A stretch of DNA of 64,000 nt from Atopobium sp. (GTDB taxonomy: Bacteria; Actinomycetota; Coriobacteriia; Coriobacteriales; Atopobiaceae), in the NCBI GenBank assembly GCA_015259035.1, contig JABZHC010000002.1, positions 6,833 to 70,832 on the forward strand. The letters run 5' to 3'. Numbering within the stretch: the stretch's first letter is position 1; each line of letters starts with the position of its first letter. The translations under genes were made by a program, and so were the position numbers. The notes under the pieces are model-generated. The model worked only from the letters and a program-made list of their open reading frames with translations, had not been told where the DNA came from and did not search any database. Shown here piece after piece: positions 57,901 through 64,000 of this stretch.

Positions 57901-58751
57901 CCGTAACCAGAAATGACGGTACGCTGCACCTGATTAGAAGAAACGGTTCTTCTCTTGTTGAGGAGAAGCAAGTCAAATTTGCAGCAGAATCCACCTCTAC
58001 ACCAACTATCAGCGGTTCTAACGTCTTTGTTAACGGCGTCGATGCTGAGGGCTACGGAACTATCTCTGTGATTTCTCTTGACACCTTTACGGTGATTGAC
58101 CAGGCTCGTGCTGGCAAGGGTAAGTCTCAGAGCACCCCTCTTGTTTCTGTTCAACAAAACGGTACCTATGCCTACTTCACGGTAAACGGTCTACCTGGTG
58201 GCGTATGGGTATACAAGTTGGGCACCAGCCGAGCAGCTCAGATTTACACTCCTGATAAAGATCATCAGAACTACACCACATCGTCGGTCATTGCAGATTT
58301 TGAGGGCAATCTTTACTACACCAACGACTCCGGCACGCTTTTCTCGCTTATTAATCAGAAACCTTCTGGCGAGAATACCCAGCCATCTGGAGACATTTTT
58401 AGCAGGACAGATTCCACAGCTACAAACGTACCAGCTCAAGATCCTTCATCTCCAGCTGCGCATGAAACTTCCTCGACCACCGCTGCGAGTGCTGGTGAGG
58501 AGGTTACAAAGGCTCCATCTGAGAACAAGACTGCAGACACTAACTCTGACGAGAAGCAGCTTCCACCTACTGAATACTCAAATAAGCAGGCCGCTGCCCC
58601 ACAGCAGGTGTCCTCTGCGCCTACCATTCCACTTCTGAGTGTCTTTGGTTTCTTTGCTTCTGGTGCAGTTCTTGCAGTGTTTGTAGTGTTGCTTAAGAAA
58701 GAAACTGCTGCAATTCACCATGTTTCCAATGGCCGAGGCCAGGTGAGATAG
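54945..58751 (+). CDS. Large surface protein: signal peptide, Ig-like repeats, DUF4430-like domain, PQQ-like beta-propeller, C-terminal TM anchor
   Basis: PAFA signal; Ig-like VTWTSSD/YTSSN repeats; WWQFFVNG...ITWTY DUF4430 pattern; propeller repeats (LKAVDAATG, AVDATTGALRW, STP); S/T/P linker and terminal TM. Confidence 0.7.
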   Translation: MFKKALNSLFSILLVFVLLPAPAFAEAAGELTTTVTATSSAENALTAQDNASGTEAASGTVEATSGATTTSEETGPGVAATTNETDYPHKTLDQAVETLTNSFYKPKPRYGVDTNLNTMVAEELRRIGAGEVNVRVASVQMSSTASYAHAGISTNLVTNGSIEYFWMDAAGFTNQRSTLILRQAKVTFELSKDGKTVQYTCNVLIPWDEAKSQAQLADVSQNLAPSYAEGQNESSVTSDFTLPHKLVSADGNQLSWSKVTWTSSDTSVVRIDGYGTEPYKATVTRGIRDKQVTLTANVSLSSSDAPQTSYQKTFTITVPGDSSAITDAQNNLLRRINRRFSASSIKDVYTNHSINAQAVTDDLQMPTPKNFGLDGKRYQFTYTSSNAAITFNGYRGTVYQPLPSASAQQVDITLTVTDKENPEVSVSKTLTVTVSPLNQADIDAELTLMNESKAHFWDALATPSGQQNKQDSVSESLATPNKFYRASDGSLNWSYDVNNTDKTASGIVPSEFPTYDPMGPADQARTYSSSQPTIIQNENLVLAQTPEYNTSVTVSALLSSARYSRYASLYPDNEQFQALTNQKVSATFTVAGEKGARPVEEDPDPSQLVSVTLSVVGLDKDGKPQHWAPTQTIEVRKGTTADKVTYDYLKINGLTYDAAGGYLSSITSPSQGLTLATAQVDGAYKWWQFFVNGQLSDKMANNVTLDENTTITWTYGGQDSSIPTPQNELVINPFAEHPNHEASWSGFGSGNGSTTTQSTPINSAALRWSVTEGTQNTPGFISDQVIVKDTVYYVSGSTLKAVDAATGNLIAEAQIGSKVSYFARPLYVNGMIVVATDDGCLTAFSATTMECIWKTEPLDTTNALQSVSSLTVNNGTILAEFTKMSGFDAVGGYMVAVDATTGALRWKQNAQPANIPGATSGQPSGYYWSGAAASGSDFMIGDESSSVRLINGTTGAIEAELNLGSPIRAGIVPVSVDQNGNGTYLAVTRNDGTLHLIRRNGSSLVEEKQVKFAAESTSTPTISGSNVFVNGVDAEGYGTISVISLDTFTVIDQARAGKGKSQSTPLVSVQQNGTYAYFTVNGLPGGVWVYKLGTSRAAQIYTPDKDHQNYTTSSVIADFEGNLYYTNDSGTLFSLINQKPSGENTQPSGDIFSRTDSTATNVPAQDPSSPAAHETSSTTAASAGEEVTKAPSENKTADTNSDEKQLPPTEYSNKQAAAPQQVSSAPTIPLLSVFGFFASGAVLAVFVVLLKKETAAIHHVSNGRGQVR

Positions 58752-59407
58752 TGGTTAAGCTCACAAGAGAATCCAAACGGATTCTCTATTTGGCAGCATC
58801 AATAGTATCTTTTGTGTTCATGCTTTTCTTTGCATGGACATTGATTCAGTATTTCTTTACGCCTGCTTCAAGCACTTCTGCTCAAGAAGCTCCTACCGCA
58901 CAAGGTCAGACGGTAGCAGGTGCTTCTGGCGCGCAAACAGACTCTCAGACGTCACAGACGCAAGGGAGCTCTAGTTCAGACGCTCAATCAAATGCTGATG
59001 CGTCTAAAACGCAGGATTCTTCTAATCAGAAAACGTCGGAGCCTTCTAACTCTGGTGACTCAACAAACGCTGTAGCTGCTCCTCATAAAGAGAATAGTGC
59101 GCTTTCTGTAAGTGTTACGGTTGACGGCTCTGCAGCCAAAGGGTCTTCATTTACTGTCAACCTCCAGGTGCAAGAGGGTACGTCAGTCTATGACGCGTTG
59201 CTTGCAAGTGGAGCCGGGGTAAATGCACGTAGCACGTCGTTTGGTATGTACGTTGCGGCTATTAATGGGCTTGCAGAGCGTGACCATGGTCCACAGAGCG
59301 GTTGGGTATATTCAGTTAACGGTGTTCAGCCTAACTACACATCAGATGCATATGTTCTGCACGATGGCGATTCGGTTGTTTGGACGTACGTTAACGCGGT
59401 GAACTAA
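58751..59407 (+). CDS. Membrane-anchored DUF4430 (transcobalamin C-terminal-like) protein
   Basis: TM, S/Q linker, GTSVYDAL...YVAAINGLAE..GPQSGWVYSVNG..P...L.DGD.V.W.Y. Confidence 0.85.
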   Translation: MVKLTRESKRILYLAASIVSFVFMLFFAWTLIQYFFTPASSTSAQEAPTAQGQTVAGASGAQTDSQTSQTQGSSSSDAQSNADASKTQDSSNQKTSEPSNSGDSTNAVAAPHKENSALSVSVTVDGSAAKGSSFTVNLQVQEGTSVYDALLASGAGVNARSTSFGMYVAAINGLAERDHGPQSGWVYSVNGVQPNYTSDAYVLHDGDSVVWTYVNAVN

Positions 59408-60339
59408 TGAATCCCGCGCGCACAAGCTTTTCTCGACTGCACCCACTTGCTACGGTTGTACTGTTTGGATGCGAGGTTGTGCTTGCCGCATTTTCTTTTC
59501 AGCCTCTCTGTGCGCTGATTGCTTTTCTAGGAGCGCAGCTGTTCACAATCCAGTTGTTTGATACCAAACATGCTGTTAAACAGCTTGTTTGGTATGCTCC
59601 AATTATTATATTGATGGCGATAATCAATCCGTTTTTCTCGGCATCTGGCTCTACCGTTTTGTATTCTTTTGGGCACACGCAACTGTACGTAGAAAGTCTG
59701 ATGTACGGAGCTACCTCGGGCCTGGTGCTCGTAAGTACTTTAAGCTGGCTTGAGTGCCTGTTTGCAGTAGTGTCGCCGCTCGAGATGTTGCAGCGATCAA
59801 GCGTGCGCTTTCCAGGATTACAGCTGGTCTTGAGTCTTTCTGTGCAGCTTATGCCGCAGCTACTTTCTGACCTGACAACAGCCCGCCAAATCCAGTCAGC
59901 AAATACCGCAGCTAGAAGGTGTGATTCTGCTGTGCACTCACATCAGCAACGCCGTGTTCCAAGTCAAAGCCGTCTTTTGAGCGCGAGAAAAACTATTGTG
60001 CAATCAGCTACCACCATTAACGCAGTGTGCATGAGCGCGCTGGAGAAGTCGATAAGTACGTTTCAGTCTATTCTGTCTCGAGGTTGGGGGATGGCAGGAC
60101 ACAGGAGCAGATGGAGCGCTGAAGTGCTTGACGTCTATGATACTGTGGCGTTGCTGGTATTTACTTTCTTAAGCGTTATAGCAGCGGTTTCTTTATATAT
60201 GCTGGTACAAGCTTGGCAGTTTTATCCTACCATGCCAGAGTTCCAAGTGAGTTTTTGGTATCTGGGCGTAGTGCTGTTTACCGTTTTACCAGCAATTTTT
60301 GTGCGTGTTGATACTGTTTTATGGGAGCAGTCTGTATGA
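59407..60339 (+). CDS. ECF transporter T component
   Basis: LHP N-terminus, INPFF..G.TVL, ESLMYG, coupling helices ending SRG. Confidence 0.8.
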   Translation: MNPARTSFSRLHPLATVVLFGCEVVLAAFSFQPLCALIAFLGAQLFTIQLFDTKHAVKQLVWYAPIIILMAIINPFFSASGSTVLYSFGHTQLYVESLMYGATSGLVLVSTLSWLECLFAVVSPLEMLQRSSVRFPGLQLVLSLSVQLMPQLLSDLTTARQIQSANTAARRCDSAVHSHQQRRVPSQSRLLSARKTIVQSATTINAVCMSALEKSISTFQSILSRGWGMAGHRSRWSAEVLDVYDTVALLVFTFLSVIAAVSLYMLVQAWQFYPTMPEFQVSFWYLGVVLFTVLPAIFVRVDTVLWEQSV

Positions 60340-61820
60340 GTGAGCATTCTTCCTATATTCAGAATTCACTTACTTCTTCAACTAGTCAAGAAGTAGTTCT
60401 TGCTATTCAAAATCTCTCGTTTGCGTATGCTCTAACTCCAGACCGCAACGTTGTAGAAGATTTTTCCTGTGAGGTTTGTGCTGGTCAGATTAGTCTTTTA
60501 CTGGGAACAACTGGTTCAGGCAAGTCCACCATTTTGAGCCTCATTAAGCCCGAGATTGCGCCTCAAGGTAGGAGAGAGGGCTCCATTATTGTTTGCGGCC
60601 AAGAGGTGTCTACGATGACGCAGGCGCAATCCGTAGACACCATTGCATTTGTGCCGCAAGCCACTTCACAAGCACTTGTGTGTGAGACACCTTTGAAAGA
60701 GCTGGCTTTTGGCCTGGAAAATCGAGGCGTTTCAGAGAAAGAAATGCGCCGACGTATTTTTGAGACGGTCAGTTTCTTTGGCATGGAATCGCTCTTGCAT
60801 AAACGCTGCAACGAGCTTTCCGGGGGAGAACAGCAGCTAGTGGCCCTTGCTGCAGCGCTTGTCATGCGCCCAAAGCTGCTTTTGCTGGATGAGCCAACCT
60901 CGCAGCTGGACCCGTTTGCGCAGAAGAGTTTCACCGCGCTCCTGGAGCGCGTCGCGCGTGAGCTCAACGTTGCCGTGCTTGTTGCCACCCACGACGTCAC
61001 CGCGTTCAAGCACCTTGCTGACGCGTGCGTCTGCCTTGGTGGCGAGAAGCCCGATGCGCTCCAAGCAGACAGCTCTTCTCGCCAGGCGCTTTGTCCTCGC
61101 AGCTCCGCGCCAAACCAAGCATCTACCGCGGCCGACAGCACTCCCGTGCTCGAGTTCAGCGCCGTGACGTTTGCGTATCCACAGAGCGAGCAACTGGTAC
61201 TCAGCAAGTGCTCGCTTGAGGTCACGGGGCGAGAAATTCGTGCGCTCGTAGGCGGCAACGGCTCAGGTAAGTCAACGCTGCTAAAGCTTGCATCAGGTGT
61301 TCTCCGTCCAAGGCGCGGACATGTCTACAACCAGCTCCAGCAATCTCAAGGATATATTCCCCAAGATCCTGAGCTGCTCTTTACCTGCCAAAGTGTGGGC
61401 GAGGAGCTTGCTCAGTGGCAGCAGAGTGGCGCCTATTCTGATCAGGATGTTCAAGATCTTCTGGAAGCTTCAGGACTTCTTGCGCGAACAACATATCAGA
61501 AGCTTATGTCTTCTCATCCATACGATTTGTCTGGTGGACAGCAGCAACTTTTAGCTCTCGTAAAAGTGCTGCTTACAAAAGCGCGTCTGCTTATTCTTGA
61601 CGAGCCAACAAAAGGCCTGGATGCCCCAACCAAAGATGCTGTTGTCAATTTGCTTTCTCGCGCACAGTCAGAAGGTGCAACCATAGTAATAGCAACGCAC
61701 GACATGCAGTTGATATCGCGCGTTGCTGATAACGTTTCTCTAGTTTTTGATGGTCAGATTTCTCTGACAGAGCCAACTTCAGAGTTCTTTGAGAACTCAT
61801 GGGTGTGGTCGGCAGAGTAG
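60336..61820 (+). CDS. ECF transporter ATPase with duplicated ABC domains
   Basis: Two sets of Walker A (GTTGSGKST, GGNGSGKST), LSGG and LDEPT motifs; ELAFGLEN, HPYDLSGG. Confidence 0.9.
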   Translation: MSEHSSYIQNSLTSSTSQEVVLAIQNLSFAYALTPDRNVVEDFSCEVCAGQISLLLGTTGSGKSTILSLIKPEIAPQGRREGSIIVCGQEVSTMTQAQSVDTIAFVPQATSQALVCETPLKELAFGLENRGVSEKEMRRRIFETVSFFGMESLLHKRCNELSGGEQQLVALAAALVMRPKLLLLDEPTSQLDPFAQKSFTALLERVARELNVAVLVATHDVTAFKHLADACVCLGGEKPDALQADSSSRQALCPRSSAPNQASTAADSTPVLEFSAVTFAYPQSEQLVLSKCSLEVTGREIRALVGGNGSGKSTLLKLASGVLRPRRGHVYNQLQQSQGYIPQDPELLFTCQSVGEELAQWQQSGAYSDQDVQDLLEASGLLARTTYQKLMSSHPYDLSGGQQQLLALVKVLLTKARLLILDEPTKGLDAPTKDAVVNLLSRAQSEGATIVIATHDMQLISRVADNVSLVFDGQISLTEPTSEFFENSWVWSAE

Positions 61821-61824
61821 GTGG

Positions 61825-62286
61825 CTAGAACCTTAAGAACGGCTCCTCGTCCTGGCCAAGCTCCTCAAGAAGCTCATCGTCAAGATCGTTGATGTCGCCA
61901 AACTCCTCGTGTTCATGCTCCTCTTCATCTTCCTCATAATCGTGAGTATGCTCATTGAAGCCGTAGGCATTGGCCGTCTCATCATCAAACTCAAGTGTTG
62001 GAAGAGCGCTGGTAATGCTGCACAGACCAACTCCTGCAGGCATAATCTTTTGCCACTGAGCAATCAGAGGAGTAGTAGGAACTTCTCCCAGTTCAACAAT
62101 AGAATCCAAGAAAATCTCTTTTGCGCCGTCAAGCAGGTCAGATGATTTTGCAACCTCAATAAGGTGCTCCGAGAAAAGCTCAAGCGCGTGATCTGTGGAA
62201 TCTGCCTCAACAATACAAGGCATAAGACAGTAGTTGTCCGAAGAGTCAAGCTCGTCGTTGTAGCTAAAGTTTCCCAGATAGATCAT
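61825..62286 (-). CDS. Hypothetical acidic protein
   Basis: AAGGAGG RBS, codon usage like the core genes, E/D/H-rich tail. Confidence 0.7.
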   Translation of the reverse strand: MIYLGNFSYNDELDSSDNYCLMPCIVEADSTDHALELFSEHLIEVAKSSDLLDGAKEIFLDSIVELGEVPTTPLIAQWQKIMPAGVGLCSITSALPTLEFDDETANAYGFNEHTHDYEEDEEEHEHEEFGDINDLDDELLEELGQDEEPFLRF

Positions 62287-62379
62287 GAAGACCTCCTTGT
62301 TGTAGTTTCAAATCATCTTATGCCAAAATAAGACAGACCTTCTTGATATTTTTATTTTGACGGTAAGCGTGAGGTTCTT

Positions 62380-63141
62380 GTGGATAATCGGCACACGTTA
62401 TCAATAGCTCTAGAGGTTGTGGCACTCTTTGCTACACCTATTATTCTTGCTGTTGAAATGATATATTTTCCCGATTTTACCGCGGTATCTTCAATTATTT
62501 TAGCAATCATTTCAGTTGCATTATTTATGTTAAGTTTTGAGGCAAAGAAGCCCTCAGTTGCCAATTTGGTACCTACTGCCGTCTTTAGCGCCTTAGGTGC
62601 TGCGGGAAGAATTGCCTTTGCGCCACTCGCGTACGTAAAGCCTGTTTCCGCAGTTGCTATCTTTGCGGGAGCGTTTCTTGGCAGGCATGCGGGCTTTTTG
62701 GTAGGTGCCTTATCTGCGCTTCTTTCAAACGTTTTCTTTGGCCAGGGCTCGTGGACGCCATGGCAGATGTATGCGTGGGGGCTTGTTGGCTATCTGGGAG
62801 GCCTTCTTGCAACTTTTACCTCAGCTCACCCTGCATCTTCTAAACGCACATCCGTCCAACAAGGCGAGAAACCCCACAAACTTCCACCTTTCTTGCTTAT
62901 GATCTGGGCGTTTATCTCTGGACCATTCTTTGGCCTTGTAATGAACGTGTACTTTGTTATTGGATTTGTCCATCCTCTAACCCTCGAGTCCGCTCTTCTC
63001 GCGTTTGCGGCTTCAATTCCGCTTGATCTAACGCACGGTATTGCAACGCTTGTTTTCTTGATTTTGTTATGGCTTCCATGGCAAACATCCGTTAGCCGAA
63101 TCCTCACAAAATACAATCTCACTGGTAGGAGCTTTAGATAA
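62380..63141 (+). CDS. ECF transporter S component (CbrT-like)
   Basis: FE..KP, GRIAFA...KPV.A, GFLVGALSALLSN.FFGQG.WTPWQM.AWG, DLTHG. Confidence 0.85.
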   Translation: MDNRHTLSIALEVVALFATPIILAVEMIYFPDFTAVSSIILAIISVALFMLSFEAKKPSVANLVPTAVFSALGAAGRIAFAPLAYVKPVSAVAIFAGAFLGRHAGFLVGALSALLSNVFFGQGSWTPWQMYAWGLVGYLGGLLATFTSAHPASSKRTSVQQGEKPHKLPPFLLMIWAFISGPFFGLVMNVYFVIGFVHPLTLESALLAFAASIPLDLTHGIATLVFLILLWLPWQTSVSRILTKYNLTGRSFR

Positions 63142-63234
63142 GCCATCTTTTTCCGTTTACCTAAAACACCTTCCATTTTGCGGCCTTTGATCTAGACTGT
63201 ATTCACTGTCAGCCCCCAGATTTTGGGGGTAAAA

Positions 63235-63984
63235 ATGCAACCTACATCTATCCTTACTGCAACGGCAAACTCAACACTCGAGCTGCTTGCTCCTACACGC
63301 TGTGTTGTGTGCGAGAAACCCGGCCAGCTCCTCTGCGATGAGTGCCGGGCAAAGCTGCCATGGATTTCTCAGCAGTGGGCATGTCCTAATTGCGGCGCTC
63401 CATATGGGAAGCTCGTCTGTTCAGAGTGCGCTGATAAAAAGAAACGACCTGTTCAGTGGGAGAGTAGAGCGGTCATTTGTGCCATGGGATTTAAGGGTCC
63501 TCCTGCACGGTTGATCTTGACGCTTAAGGATGGACACGAGCTTCGACTGGCGCCGGTAATTGCTGCAGCCATATTGTGTGCGCTTGAAGAAGCCTCAGCA
63601 TGGAATGCTCGTGACGGTACCTCTCGCTTTGATAGTTCAAAAATTGATGGCGTTTCTTTTATTCCAGCAACTGCAGAAGCGTACGCGCGCAGAGGCTTTG
63701 ATCATATGGAACTTGTAGCTCAATCGTTTTGCCAGCTTACAGGCTTGCCTTTGTACGACGTGCTTATACGTCCTCATGCAAAGGACCAAAGAACGCTTTC
63801 ATCCGCTCAAAGGCAAATAAATTTGAAAGGAAGTATTGCTTGTACTGTGCCGGTTAACCAATCAAATATTTTACTTTTAGATGATGTCGTAACTACGGGC
63901 GCATCAATTAGAGAAGCTACAAGGGTGCTTTGTGTCGCAGGCGTGCATTCTGTAACCGTAGGCGCATTAGCTCGCGTATGGTGA
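63235..63984 (+). CDS. comF: ComF family protein (double zinc ribbon + phosphoribosyltransferase)
   Basis: CVVC...CDEC...CPNC...CSEC, RRGFDH, LLDDVVTTGAS. Confidence 0.9.
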   Translation: MQPTSILTATANSTLELLAPTRCVVCEKPGQLLCDECRAKLPWISQQWACPNCGAPYGKLVCSECADKKKRPVQWESRAVICAMGFKGPPARLILTLKDGHELRLAPVIAAAILCALEEASAWNARDGTSRFDSSKIDGVSFIPATAEAYARRGFDHMELVAQSFCQLTGLPLYDVLIRPHAKDQRTLSSAQRQINLKGSIACTVPVNQSNILLLDDVVTTGASIREATRVLCVAGVHSVTVGALARVW

Positions 63985-64000
63985 GTTACCTATGGTTGCA

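Overview
Chromosomal segment of a moderate-GC anaerobic actinobacterium. Gene content and style suggest Coriobacteriia/Atopobiaceae, similar to Lancefieldella (Atopobium); this is inference, not a database result. Housekeeping genes: pyk, D-lactate dehydrogenase, P-type ATPase, rsgA, kup, rlmKL, pgm, argR, class A PBP, tyrS, U32/rlhA-like, nifU-like, dcd, lgt, comF and tRNA-Phe. Four accessory modules: (1) an AT-rich Tad/Flp pilus operon (7.1-16.5 kb) followed by DUF2207 and an orphan XRE gene near the tRNA-Phe 3' end; (2) a tannase-like lipoprotein; (3) a dTDP-rhamnose plus phosphocholine (lic) cell-wall glycan locus (36.4-50.3 kb) with an HTH-LicC-LicA fusion and two LicD paralogs; (4) an ECF transporter with a 1268-aa Ig/DUF4430/beta-propeller surface protein (54.9-63.1 kb). 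Most notable observations: an octamer GCGAGAAA found about 24 times on both strands against about 2 expected, which together with the Tad pilus and comF suggests a testable uptake-sequence/competence hypothesis; a structured leader able to sequester the RBS of the P-type ATPase; and three proteins with substituted catalytic residues (tannase Ser->Ala, C39-like Cys->Ser, degenerate RlmL half). No integrase, transposase, prophage or CRISPR-Cas is visible.
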